From assembly GCF_009914755.1 (NCBI RefSeq), contig NC_060930.1: DNA of 64,000 nt. One strand, 5' to 3'. This stretch comes from the human T2T-CHM13v2.0 reference genome, Homo sapiens. The translations under genes were made by a program, and so were the position numbers. This document shows positions 1-13,259 of this stretch, piece after piece. The notes under the pieces were generated by a model, which searched no databases, had not been told where the DNA came from, and saw only the letters and a list, made by a program, of their open reading frames with translations. The number at the start of each line of letters is the position of its first letter. Within the stretch, counting starts at the first letter, position 1.

Positions 1-429
1 GGATTGTCAGCATATTTTTACCTCTTCATCAAATATCTAAATTCAAGGTATCATAAATTGCTATGGCATAGTCACTGATAAATATAGACAGATTATAAAT
101 ACTATTCATCTAAATAATATCATTGGATTCAATGAAGAACTGCCAGCACTCTATAAATGCATACGTATATGAACAGAACTCCTTCTTTTTCCAATTCAAT
201 GCATAGCTTAAAAATTTACAAAGCTTATCTTTGATGTCTTCCTTCCCCCATCCCCTGCCTAGCTCCAAGTGCTGAACTCTGACTGCCCAAAGTAGACATT
301 CTGATGCTTCAATATCTGTGCTAGTGCCAAATTTTTCATACCCCATGCCATCTTTACTAAAACTCTTGTCCTACATTTAATGCCATTTGGTATTTATATT
401 AGCAAACCAACTGTAGTGTGCAGTTATTA

Positions 430-635
430 GGTACTATGCATTAAGCTACAAACTTAAATTTCTTATGTCACTTGATCCTCACAGCAATTATTCAAGCAGG
501 TCTGGCTTTTTACCTACAGATGAGAATAAAGAGTGTTAGAGATTTGATTATTTTGCCTAAGATAACAGATACAGGTGCAGTGGCTGAACTTAAACCCAAA
601 TCTGTATGGTTTCAAAGCTAATACTATTAATCACT
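430..635 (-). mobile_element. MIR SINE fragment
   Basis: Degenerate MIR core motifs (tacagatgagaa...gatttgattattttgcctaagataacag...gaacttaaacccaaatctgt). Confidence 0.6.
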
Positions 636-650
636 TCCGGTAAAATAGTA

Positions 651-2145
651 TATTACTGCAAATCATAGGATTTCATTCATTTTTATGATTGAGTAGTTTT
701 CCATTGTGTACATATATCACATTTCTTTTCTCCAGTCATCTATCGTTGGACACCTAGGTTGATTCCATATCTTGGCTACTGAGAAGAGTGCTACAATAAA
801 CATGGGCATGCAGATCTCTATTTGATATACAATTTCCTTTCCTTTGCATAAGTTCCCAAAAATGGGATTGCTGAATCACGTGGTAGTTCTATTTGTAGTT
901 TTTTTGAGAAGCCCCCATACTGTTCTGCATAGTGGCTGTACTAGTTTACATTCTTACCAGTAGTGTATTGAGATTTCCCTTTCCTGCCCATCCTCACCAG
1001 CATTTATTATTTTTTGTCTTTTGGATTATAGCCATCCGAACTGGGATGAGATAATACCTCATTGTGGTTTTGATTTGCATTTCACTGATGATTAGTATGT
1101 TGAGTATTTTTTCCATGTACCTGTTTGCCATTTGCATGTCTTCTCTTGAGAAATGTTTATTTAGATCTTTTGTCCATTTTTAAATCAGATTATTTGGTTC
1201 ACTGATATTGAGTTGTTTGAGTATCTTATACATTCTGGATATTAACCCCTTGTCAGATGCATAGTTTACAAATATTTTCCTCTATTCTCTAAGTTGTCTC
1301 TTCACTCTGTGGGTTGTTTTCTTTTCTGTTCATAGCTTCTAAGTTTGATGCAATTTCATTTGTCTATTTTTGCTTTTGTTGCCTATGCTTATGGGGTCTT
1401 AGCTAAAAAATCCTTGCTGAGACCAATGTCATGAAGCATTTCCTCTATGTTTTCTAGTATTTTTGTGTTTGGGGCCTTATATTCGGATCTTTGATCCATT
1501 TTGAGTTGATTTTTGTACAGGGTGAGAGGTAGGGATCTACTTTAATTCTTTTGTGTATGGATATCTAGTTTTCCCAGAACCATTTATGGAAAAGTCTCTT
1601 TCCCCAATGAGTGTTCTTGGCATCTTGTTCAAGAATCAGTTGGCTGTAGATTCATGGATTAATTTATTGGTTCTCTATTGTGTTCCATTGTTTTTGAACT
1701 GGTGGTTATTATGTTAGATGGAATAAGCCAGGAACAGAAGGTTAAGCACTGCATGTTGTCATTTACATGGGGAAGCTAAAAAAGTTGATCTTATAGAAGT
1801 AAAAAGTAGAATAAAGGATACTAGAGGCTGGGAAGGATAGAGAGAAGGGAAGAATAGGGAGACGTTTCTTAAAGGATACAAAATTATAGCTAGATATGAA
1901 GAATAAGTTCTAACGTTCTATAATACTGTAGGATGACTACAGTTAGCAATATTATATACTTTTAGACAGCTTAAAGGAGAATATTGACTGTTTTCAACAC
2001 AAAAAGTGATAAATGTTTGAAATGATGGATATGCTAATTACCTTGATCTGATCACTACACATTACATGTATCAAAACATCTCTATATACCCTACGATATG
2101 TATAACATTTGTCAATTCAAAAAATGAAATTGATAAAAATAAAAG
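651..2145 (+). mobile_element. L1MA-type LINE-1 (about L1MA2-3), 5'-truncated with 5' inversion (651-1691 antisense, 1696-2145 sense plus A-rich tail)
   Basis: The ORF2 3' region is reverse-complemented, then switches at 1696 to sense 'gaactggtggttattatg...' with an L1MA 3'UTR. The two parts are nearly contiguous in the consensus (tttgcagcaaca|tggatg|gaactgg). Confidence 0.85.
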
Positions 2146-2299
2146 TAAACATATATTGACTGTTACTGGAGGTTTATAAGTGCAACAGCAACATTATAAT
2201 TGAGAAATATGGGATGACATAAAAAAATTTACATAATATATGTTGAGAAATGTCTATCTCCACCGACAATAATGGAAAATATACAGAATGTATTCATTA

Positions 2300-2500
2300 G
2301 GTGCAAAGTCTTTAGAGTTCAAACTTCCTGGTTTCAGTCTTGTTTCCATCACTCTCTGGCTGTGCAGTCTTGGGGAAGTTAACCTATTTGTTCTCTAATT
2401 TCTATGAAAAATCAGAAAATATATATATATATGTGTAAAGTCTCACAAGGGAATTCTGAAGATTAAGTCATTTAATGTTCACAGCACACAGAATAGTTCC
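2300..2500 (+). mobile_element. MIR fragment
   Basis: 'ggctgtgcagtcttggggaagttaacct...' MIR core. Confidence 0.55.
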
Positions 2501-2569
2501 TAACTCAAGCAAATATTACACATTTTCTTAAAAATCAAATCAAACCTAAAATATACATTGGTGTATTCC

Positions 2570-2695
2570 AGAGGCAAGAATGTGAGATCCAAAAAGGAAA
2601 TAACTTTCTGTGTATTTTCATAACTAGTTTCTCCAAATGTAAACCAATGCCCAAAACAAGGCAGTGCTCAGAAAATGTTTGTTAAATAAAAAAAT
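2570..2695 (+). mobile_element. L2 3' end fragment
   Basis: '...aatgcccaaaacaaggcagtgctcagaaaatgtttgttaaataaa' resembles the L2 3' terminus. Confidence 0.45.
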
Positions 2696-5002
2696 GAGTG
2701 ATTTTCATCTATTGAATGTGCCGAAAAAGAAAACCATATATAAAGCATAATTTTAGCTAAATTGTAATGCAAATAGTAAATTTCAAGTAGTGACAGTGTA
2801 AGTTATAGGTTTAAAATTTAGTTTTGCAAAATATTTTCAAAACTAAGAAATCCATATTTTACAAAATGTTAAATTACTAAGAATTTTGCAAATAAAAAAT
2901 GTAAAACAGGAAAACTGAATGCAATAATTTGTTTAGTTACTTGTCACTTATAATAGTAACAAAAAGAAGTAAATTTAAACAACCATTTTCATAAAACAGA
3001 AATCATAATTTATTAGAATATTTCATGACCACCAGACATAATATATGTAAAGTATATGTTGTAACATGGAAAGGCTATAAAAAATGTAATTGGAAACACA
3101 TGCCATTTTATTTAATTTTACACAAAATGCTCAATATAGTTTTCTTTTCAGTGCTGCTATAATATTATTTGTTATGATAAATCAAACACTTGCTTCCAAT
3201 TGAAAAAGTTAAATTATATCCTTCTTCTGCCAAATTTCTCCTGTTCTTTTTTCCAAATTTGACAAGATTATCTAAAGAGAGTAATTCACTTGTTGATATG
3301 AATGATACTTCTTTTTCTAACTATTATTTATTTAGAAAGAGAATGAGTAAGAGACAAAAAGACTACAACATAAGAAAAAAATATAAGCAAAACATGAATC
3401 TAGAAGGGCTTACCCAAGTGTATTAAATTTAAGCAATCATGCTGAATATTCCTAGTGCTAGTGAAGGCTAGCATTTTGTTGGTGGTATACAATTTTTGGC
3501 ATTTTTTAAAAAGAATTTTGCAGATGGGTCTTATTGAAGAAGATATTAACCCAAAGAGGAAGAGAAAGATGTCTGACACTATGTTTTAGGTCTTAATTAA
3601 TCAGGGAATCTCTGTAAGTTTGGCTCTTCAGAAGAAGCTGCAGCTATCTAATAGTGGGCATGGAAGGCTATACTTTTATAAACATTGAATATACTGAGAC
3701 ATTATCACATTTACAGTAACAGTTCAATCTGAAATATTTGGGTTTTATTTGACCTGCTAAAATGTATATTTTGAGATGTATTTTTATACATATGCATTCC
3801 TGTTATGTTATCAAATCTTAATATTAAAAAACGTGTTATATTTCATATTAAAAAATATTTCCCCTAAGCCAACTATGAAGTTTCAAGCTGTCAAGATAAA
3901 GAGGGAGAGAAAAAAAAGGCTCTCTAGCTGGTTTCAGCAATTCTGAGGCATTTTATATTAATTTTAGAAGTCCCTTTAGCTTACAAAATCTTAGGCATTC
4001 TCTCATTCTTGATTATATTATTCCAGCAAATATTAAGAGTCTTGAAGAATAAAATCTTACCCTACATTTTACATGCAGGTTTAACAGTCTCATTTTGCAA
4101 AGCCATGTTCTTTGGTATGAGGTAAAAGTTCTATTGCTTAGATTAAGATGGAAAAATGAATCATTGGGAAAGTCTGGGTTAAACTGGATTCAATTTCCAA
4201 TAGTTAATTTACATTTCTTCTGACTAAGTCTTTGCTTGATTCCACATGATGTGTTTTCAAACAGAACTCATTTTTCAAATTGCATCAAAACACAATAGGA
4301 GCAAGTGCAGAAAGATCATTAAATTGTATATACATTCTTTTGTGGAAGAATTATTTATCGTTACTGTGATGGACTACACTGTGCCTCAAAATTTTAACAA
4401 ACTGGCAAAAACATGTGATGGCTGTCAATATCCTAAACCACCTTGTCATCATAGTTTTAGTTTCTAATCATCAGCTCAGATGATTTTACTGGGAAGAAAT
4501 AAGAAATAAAAATCAGTGAGTTTTTTTCTCCACCATTTGTTCTGGTCATGCCATTGGAATATGTACAAACATTTCTTTTCTGATGAAGTCTTGGTTGACT
4601 GGAATGGACATTACACACAATTTCCTATTGTTCTAAGATTACACACAGGGTCATTAAAACATGAGATCAAATCGAAGCCACCATGCCTACTGACATACTT
4701 GTCACAAGGACACTTCTTATAATGGAAATCAATAAAAATCATTAGACCAAAATATTTAAAAATAAAAAATTATCTGACTCTTTAAACAGGCTAAAAAATG
4801 GAATGATCTAACAAATTAATAATTTCACTGAATACAAATTAAATAATAATGCTTAGATCAATGAACTAAAAAATGAAAGTCTAAATTTTTATATTAAGTA
4901 TGCAAGTAAATATGAATATAAACTGGTACATCTTTCCTTTAAGTGTGAACAGTTTTCTCAAAAATTTATCAGGTTAATTTTTTGAAGTATTTTTGTGAAG
5001 TT

Positions 5003-5207
5003 CTGGAGTTGACAAACTATAGTCTATGGGCCAAATCTGATCTACCATCTATTTTTGTAAAGGAAGTTTATTGGAGCTTATGCATGTTTATTCTTTTATG
5101 TACTGTCTGTGGCTAATTTCATGCTAAAACATCAGAGTGAGTAGTGGCAAAAGATAACATGCTTGCAAACTCTAAAATGTTTACTACCTGTCCTTCTGCA
5201 ATCCCTG
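5003..5207 (+). mobile_element. MER58A (hAT-Charlie non-autonomous DNA transposon)
   Basis: 'ctggagttgacaaactatagtctatgggccaaatctg...tttttgtaaaggaagttt...ctaaaatgtttactacctg...ccctg' follows the MER58A consensus end to end. Confidence 0.8.
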
Positions 5208-5446
5208 GTCTAGTTGTTAAGAATACATGAAGTTCACACCCACATTTTAGCCTTGTCCCAAACAACAGATTCTAATACTTGATTATATTATGTTACATAA
5301 AATATACATTAATTCTTTCACCTTTTGTCTGAAAAATAGAATAAATATGGAAAATAATACTAAGGAAATAGGATAAATATGCTCAAGTGCTCTGGCTGAA
5401 AAAAAAATATCGGCCAAAATGTCTTCTCAATTAAGATAATATCTTT

Positions 5447-5472
5447 ATATATATATATATATATATATATAT
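5447..5472. repeat. (TA)n microsatellite
   Basis: Direct inspection. Confidence 0.95.
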
Positions 5473-5519
5473 TTAGAATGAACATTGTGCTTTCTTTTAC
5501 CAAAAAATTAATGCTTAAA

Positions 5520-6160
5520 TTAACAGATTGTTTTCTCTGTCACTCAAAAGGCTTTTAGTTTGATGTAATTCCATTTATGTATTTTTACTTTTGTTTCCTA
5601 TGCTTTTGTGGTCATATAACAAAAAAATCATTGCCTAGACTAATGTCATGGATATTTCACCCTGCCTGTTTTCTGCCAGTAGTTTTATATTAATAGTTTT
5701 AGGTTTTGTTTGTCAGATGCTAAATTATTTTTAGTTGATTTTTCATAGGAGATGGAATAAGGATCCAATTTCATTCTTCTGCATGTGGATATTCAGTTTT
5801 CCCAAAAATATTTCTTAAAAAGATTATCCTTCTCTATTGTATGTTCTTGGCACCTTTGTCAAAAATTAACTGGTCATCAATGTGTAAGTTTATTTTTGGG
5901 CTCTCAGTTCTGTTCGTTTTTTTATGCCATGCTGTCCTGGTTCCTCTGGCTCTGTCGATTTCTGTAGTTTTTTTTTTTTTTTCCTTTTCTTTTTTTTCTG
6001 TTCAATATTGCTTTGGCTATTTTGGATATTTTGAGGTTCCATACAAATTTTAGTACTTAGTTTTTTCTATTTCTGTGAAAAATATTATTGGAGTGTTAAT
6101 AAAGATTGCACTGATTTTGCATTGATTCTTTAGATCACTTTGGGTAGTATGGATTCTCCT
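5520..6160 (-). mobile_element. Old L1M ORF2 fragment
   Basis: Antisense ORF2 motifs (ggatccaatttcattcttctgcatgtggatattcag; ttggctattttgg). Confidence 0.75.
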
Positions 6161-6429
6161 GATTTTTTTTTTTGTTGTTCTACTTTTAATTTTAAATTAA
6201 TTAATATAGCTGTTTTTGGGTGGTAAATTAGAAAGTAGGCTGTAGCTTATACATTAAAGAGAAGGGACTTATTCTTATGCCTAGAAGTCTCTGAAAACTT
6301 GGAATTAGAAGAAGTTTCTTGACTGTTAAAGTCAATTGATGTAAATTGCAGTAATATCTAAGAAAAAGTTCTCGATATTAGGGTATTTTAAGGGTTAGAA
6401 AGGGTATAGAGCACTCAGGTTTTTTTCTC

Positions 6430-7090
6430 AGATAATTTATGTATTGGGATACGATTCATGTCATTTATACTTTTTAAGTATACAATTCAGTGTTTTTAAG
6501 TATACAATTCAGTGTTTTTTAGTATATTCACAATGTTGTACAAATATCACCACTATCCAATTCCAGAACATTTCATCACCAAAAACGGAATCTTGTCCAC
6601 ATTTGTAGTCACTCTATTCCTCCCTCCTCCAGTCCCTGGCAACCACTAATAAGATTTCCATTCCTATGAATTTGTCTTTTCTGGACATTTAATGTAAATG
6701 AAAACATATAATATGTGGCCTTTTGTGTCTATTTTACACAGAGAAATTTTTACAAAGTTCATTCATATTGTAGTACATATCAGTACTTCATTCTTTTAAA
6801 TTGTTGAATAATATTCCATTGTATGAATATACCACATTTTGTTTTACCACTCATCATTTGATGGACATTTGACCCACTTCTACTTTTTGGTTATTATGAA
6901 TAATGCTGTTATAAATATTCATGTGCAAGTTTCTGTGTAGGCATTTATTGTCATTTTGTAGGGCAGCGCAGGGTGTGTATAGACCTAGGAGTGGGATTGC
7001 TGGGTTGTATGGAAACTATGTTTCAGCTTTTGAGGAACTGTTAGATTGTTTTCCAAGGTGCTATGCTATTTTACTCCCCCACCAGCAATG
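6430..7090 (-). mobile_element. L1MB-type 3' end with an internal 22-bp tandem duplication (6471-6514)
   Basis: 'aagtatacaattcagtg...ttccagaacatttcatcacc...ccctggcaaccactaat' L1MB 3'UTR motifs. Confidence 0.75.
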
Positions 7091-8009
7091 TAATCTAAGT
7101 CATAGTTTTCTCAGCTACTTCTTCCTATTTGAGAGTGAAGGCATTTTTTTTATGTGTACGTACATGCCTGTGAAAAAGCTGAGAAAAAAGACAGTCAGAT
7201 AGAGACTGAAACAAAAAACTGAGAGAGACTTGGTGAGGGGAAGTTTTTGAAGATAATGTGTGAGGAGTATTATCATATACTAAGCAGTTTTTTCTATCCC
7301 CTTATCATCCAAAATTATTTTATCATTCTAATGCTCATTCTAATTCCAAATTTTAAATTTTACTCGGTGTCAATAATCATTTTAAATTTTGCTTTTTAAA
7401 AATGGTATTTAATTCTTTCGTCTAAATGTAATACATACAAATGATTTTTAACAGCACAAATGATACAAATGTGTGTATGTAAAAGTTAAATATCTCTTGG
7501 GGAGAGATGTTTCTGCCATCTTCCATTCTCAAAAATCACTTCAAAAGAAAATTGGGAATCAAAAGAGAAATGTAATATTTTTCACTAAAACTGAAATATG
7601 TCTATAACTTCAAAACCTTAATATTGAAATGGAAACAGGATGCAAGGGAGATAACTGACTTTGAAATTATGAGGAGGACAAAAGTCACATCTTCAGATAT
7701 TAAAACTATTAAAAATATATACACGTTCCCAGGAAATGACTGAGGTTTTGTTTTGGAAAAATGAAGGAATAAACAAAGACATGTAAACATGGAAACAAGG
7801 AAGTATGTAATCTAATACAGAAACGCAGTGAAGGTAATCCCCAGAATTAAAGTAAAAGAACATCACATTGTTAGAGCTGAGCAAGAAGTGTAGATGGCAA
7901 TCAGGCAAATTGGCAATAAAGGTGAGGACTCTACCCTAGAAGAAAAGATACCAGGAAAAAAATGGGCATCATAGGTCTGAACATGCAATTTTTTTTCTGT
8001 TAGGCTAGA

Positions 8010-8660
8010 AATTCCCAATTTATCTTAGTTCATGATGCTGTCTTATTTCAGAAATTTTTCCACAATGCCCCTCCAACAACAACAAAATACGTGAGTTTGA
8101 CCTAAGACTAGCTAAGTCAAAACAATAACTACTTATGTCCTAACAACATCTTAGTACATGTTGAAAGAAAAATACACACAAATGGAAAAAATATATTTTT
8201 ATATCATTATTAAATAAGCATAATTATTTACTACTAGAATGTGGGTACCTATGGGCACTGCACAGTTCTCAAAACTTGGAATTAGACTAAACATTGTCAC
8301 TCTTATTTCCTGTTGCACATTGATTTTCCTGGAATTCTTTATTTTTGTCACAGCAACTTTGTAAAATTCAACTTTGCAAAGATGTGATGTCAATGAGAAG
8401 AATGTAGATATGGTAGCACCTGAAAGAACCAAGAATAGTTTAATGTTGAAGTGGTGGTCTACTTCAGCTAGTATTTTCTCAGTGTGTGGAAGCTCTCAGG
8501 TGTGGCTGTTTCTCTCAACAATCTAAAATATCCCACAGTGCTCCTGTGAGTTTGCTGCAATGGACTAAGGTGTGGGCTGGCATACAATCTGCAAAATGTG
8601 GTGTTAGACAACTAGATGATATAGTAAAATACGGCCATAGGTATTTATGTAAACAAGCAA
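8010..8660 (-). mobile_element. Charlie-family hAT transposon fossil (transposase C-terminal dimerisation region)
   Basis: ORF 8199-8432(-) reads LCKVEF...VAVTKIKNSRKINVQQEIRV...LIPSFE, resembling the hATC motif (LCE.GFS.VAVIK.K.R.KINVEQEMRVAVS.LIPRFE). Confidence 0.7.
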
Positions 8661-10829
8661 ATATAACCAACTCAGAAAATTAAAAAGGCAATTATTTATT
8701 CCAGAAAAATCAAAACAAAGACACACAAAGCATTATATTATGTAGTATCTATTTATACCCAACTATAAAATAGTAGGTAGGATCCATACTAGCCCTTGCC
8801 TCCTTCTTATTACTCCAATTATTATTAGTAATATAACTGTTTTTACATCTTTCTAGTGGCTGCCTTTGTAACTTTAAACAATGTACTATTTTTATCTACT
8901 CACCCTCCTGTACCCACTTTTATCTGGGACCTTTGCTCTTATTCTATGGGGTTCTGGTGGACTACACTTCAGAGTATGCATTCTTTACCTAAACCTGGCT
9001 TGCCCCCAGTTAGTTCCATTGATTCTTACATTACATTGTTTTCTAACTTTGTGGATTTAATTTTACTTTTTATGGGAATATACTTGGCCACATATAAGTA
9101 TTTTCCCTAGAATGGATGCCCAATTAGTAGGTTATTTTTGTCTACATATTTGAAAATATATTTATTTAATCTATATAATTACTCAAATGTATATGGGATT
9201 TTAGATTCAACACATAACTTTCTTTATATCGAGGACTAAGTAAGCATAAGAATGATGTCAAAGAATATAAATACTTGGGTTAAAATAAGTGCTTTACACT
9301 TCGGTTATTAAGGACATGGTTTATTAAACAAAACATAGAAAGCCTAACTGTCCTGAAATCACTGTAGTAGCTCAAGGTATAAGGGCATCTCTGTTGGTGG
9401 TTTTGGCATCTGAGTAGCCAGGTATGGCTTGAAATTCAGCCATGATATGACTTCTGTGGGCTTTTGTTGTTAGCAATTCCTTCCAGCATGACAGGTTTAT
9501 CAACTGACTCTGCTATTTTAACAGATGAATACCAGGTTTATTTGTCATTGTGTCAAACATTTTTTGTGATATTGTAAGGAAATGAGTTGTAAAAGCATAC
9601 ACACAAATATACAACACCTACACACAAAATGACAAAAGTCTTAGAAAGAGGGCTATGGAGTTATTCTTCTATTAGCTAGTTATGTGGACTTGGGGAGATT
9701 AAATAATATCACAATTTAATTTATTTATATGTAAAATAAAGCCTATTGTAAAATTGTCTTTAGCTAATGTAGTTAATATAATAATTAAGCTCAATGTTTT
9801 AGAACTATCTTTCCTCCTTATTAAACTAATGACTTTCTATCACTTTCTCCATGCTTTTCTGATTCTTTAATATAATTTATATTTGTATATATTTTAAGCT
9901 ATGTAATATTTTAGCAATAGTTTTAACATCACGAGAGTAATGAAGAAACATCAAATAGTGTTATATTTACTTTTTATCTAGAAATTTTATTCTTAGACAT
10001 CAGATTCATATATCATGATTAGTTTGAACATGAAGCAACTATTTTATTTCATAATTACAATACTTTTCTATGTTAATAATAGACTTATGTTCCAAAGGAG
10101 TTAATCGAATTTACTTAGTTGTAATTGGTAGATATTTTTCATGTACAGAACTATAAATCCCCTGCTTTCAAGTCCACTTTTAAAATCTCAGCTTTTTTTC
10201 AATTAGAAAATAATGATTAGTTTGGGATTTATTTAATCCAATTCCTTGTATAAGTTATTTAACACACCAGAAGACTGTTTATAAAATGCACCTAAAATGA
10301 CATTCCTTTTTGGTATTTATTTTAAAACATGATTTTAAACGTAATATTAAAAATAAAAACTTTCAGTCATTTTCAGAATGTGGCTGCTAAAAAATAACTA
10401 GTTCTTCTATTTTTCTTACCCTTAAAGCAACCCACAGATTATATATTCTCTAAAGTATACAGTATGTCACCAAACAAAATATTTTATATATACTCTTCTT
10501 TAACCCTTTTGTGTTAATACACTTTTCTAATGATTTAATATGTAAACAAAATGCTAAATTCAGAATATCTTATTTATCTTAAAAGCATTTGTTGCCTGGG
10601 CTGCTAGTTTGCTTATTTGGTCTGAATTAATAATTCAGTCATCGAGTGTCATATTGCTGTGCATAGTACATAACTATAACTAAATGTGAAACTTATTTTC
10701 TGCCACATAGCATCCTCATATAATACACACTTAATAAATACATTTTATCTGAGTCAACAATAATGCTCCATGAAGTCCCATCAGTCTGTGAAAGATCTGA
10801 TATTCAATCACACTTCCCATTCTCAATCT

Positions 10830-10985
10830 AGCTATTAGATAAACATATGGGAAGAGCAGGGCTTAAGATTCTATTTGGTACAAATCCTTCAACTTTGGGA
10901 CAAGGTGATCAATTCCTTTAAGATAGCATAAATGAATGTCTTTAGAGTAAAAGGACAATAATACCTGCACTTCTTAAGGTAGGTG
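10830..10985 (+). mobile_element. MIR fragment
   Basis: 'gaagagcagggctt...caaatcc...ttgggacaag...gtaaaaggacaataatacctgc'. Confidence 0.45.
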
Positions 10986-11842
10986 AACTCTATTGCAAGG
11001 TATGAACAGAGGTACTACACATATCTCCTTCCGTGTGTGTGTGCATGTGTGAGTGTTAGGTGCATATTTGTGTTTTATTGTGCCTATCTCTGAGTAATTT
11101 GCCTGAAATATACTTTTCCTGATTCAAGTCATTTACTTACAGAAGGAATTCAATAACTGCATGATCACAGCTAAAACTCAACACAGTGGGCTTTTCTTAT
11201 ACTTGTAAACATAGATATATGCAAATATATGTGTGTTACTTAGAAGAAACTTGTTTATCTACACAGATTTTATTTGTTTTCTGAAGAAAAACTCCCCAAC
11301 TATTAAAAATATTATAATAAGTACATTAATTTCAGACACATTAAAGTTCTAAAATAAATAAATACGAATCCAAATAAATACATGTTACAAACAGAATTTA
11401 TCGATGGATATTATCAATAATCTATCACATGATTAAATTAATTAAAACTAAGCATACTGAAAAGTTTAAGTATTTGGAGACTGCTCAGGTGTGTGCAGCT
11501 GGAAACAGTAGGCAGCTGAGACATACATCTGATCATAATCTTAAGATAGTTTTAAATAATTCATTTTACAGAAATATCTCCTTACAAGTACAGGTGAGAT
11601 CCATGCTCAGAAATATTGGTTAAATGATTGAATTTTCCAAATAGTGTGTGTCTAGACAACTTAATAGCTAAGTAGGTCCACATGAATGCTGAGCCTGCAA
11701 GCCATGCCTGCATACACCTGCTGCAACTGCCTAGATATGTTAATAGTTCACTGGTATATGACTGATCAGCTATGAGGCTGGGTTTCCTGATGGAACCATT
11801 CTAACTGCCAAGGTTCATTATGCAGAATAGAGTTCCATTTTC

Positions 11843-11998
11843 AAAGAGAAAGAAGAAAAAGAAATGGAGAGAGAAAAGAAAAGAAAGAGAGAAAAGGAAG
11901 GAAGGAAAGAAGGAGGGAAGAAAGGAAGGAAAGAGAAAAGAAGAAGAAAGAAAAAGAAATGAAAGAAAGAAAGAGAAAGAAAGAAAGAGAAAGAAGGA

Positions 11999-12042
<44 letters not shown>

Positions 12043-12068
12043 GAGGAAGGAATGAAGGAGAGAGGAAA
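11843..12068. repeat. Compound (GAAA)n/(GGAA)n polypurine microsatellite
   Basis: Direct inspection; about 225 bp almost purely purine. Confidence 0.95.
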
Positions 12069-13259
12069 ATCTTTTTTCAAGTCAATGGAATCTTCCTATA
12101 TTAGCTCCATGCAAGTTTCTATAGCTGCCTTGTTTAGTGACTGGGAAGAAAAGAATGAAAAGCCAGACTACCAGTGAAAGTGCTGACAGAGAAGAATCCA
12201 GCAATAAACGTTATGAACAGTTCTGCTCTAATTCACCATCACAGTTGGATGAAAATAGAGTGTGCTTCCTGTCACAGAGGGCAGGTTTGAGTTGCTGGCT
12301 TGACAACGGAGATTAAAGCATTCACCTTTGCTAAAGTTTTGACTACTTTAATATTTTTAGGAAAAGCAGAGGAAAGAAAGTGGTGTGAAATATTTCACAG
12401 AAATATCTGTAGTGGTAATGAAATGTGACATGAAAAGAACAGATAAATGAGAAGACAGACAGGAGTGGACTGAGTTGCTGACAGCATTCTTTGGTGAAGA
12501 CTTCAAAACAAATGATAAAATGCTTACATTTTCACACCAAGTACAGAGTCAGCTCATACCAGAATTAATTTCTGTTGGGTTCCTATCATTAAGTTAATTA
12601 ATGCCAACAATTGGCCAATTAAAAGTATTTATTGAGTGCCTGTTGAACATAGGGCACTGTTCCTGATACTGAGAACAATGGAGGGCTCACAGCAGGTATA
12701 TGCCTGCCTTATGGAGCTGAAGATCCTGGACTGTGCCCTGGTGTCTCATCCCATCTCAGGACCTCAGAAAGTTTTTCAACATTCTGTCTTCAGATACTAG
12801 TGATACCATTAAGATATTATTATTAATATTGTTAATTAAAATCTAAGAGTTTTATTGGAGAGGATTTTTTCTGGCTCTGAAATAGATCTACGCATATCCA
12901 AAAATATTTTCTGCTGTCACTTTTGAATAGTAAGTTGATGGACTTTGAAGCTATTTCTTCATTGTTTTTTGACATGTATTGTGCAGTCTATCATCAAACT
13001 AGTTGTCTTTGTGCACTTTGATAACTTTAAAGACTATTTTATTCTTGGTCTACTGGAGACAAGAATAGAAAGATTCACTACAATGGGCAATACTAGGAAA
13101 GAGTTGGCTTTAAATAAACCTGCCTTAATATTCACAGTATTCTATCTCTTGATCGAAGGTTTTTATTTACAATTCAGAAAACTTTAAGCAAATACCTCTT
13201 TTGTTACCAATCCCTAAATTTATTCTGGAATTCTTATAGGATGATAAACACTTCATTAA

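Noticed and set aside
2818-2846. AT-rich quasi-palindrome ttagttttg(c)aaaatattttcaaaactaa
   Set aside because: Low complexity; plausible by chance in very AT-rich DNA.
11572-11593. Possible 22-nt plus-strand microexon (ttttacag|...cag|gtgaga)
   Set aside because: Not frame-preserving, with no partner exons; such motif pairs occur by chance in 64 kb.
11820-12177. Lys/Arg/Glu-rich and Phe/Leu/Ser-rich ORFs
   Set aside because: Translations of the (GAAA)n microsatellite.
12528-12582. Possible minus-strand exon with gtaagc donor
   Set aside because: Stops in all three frames and a weak acceptor.
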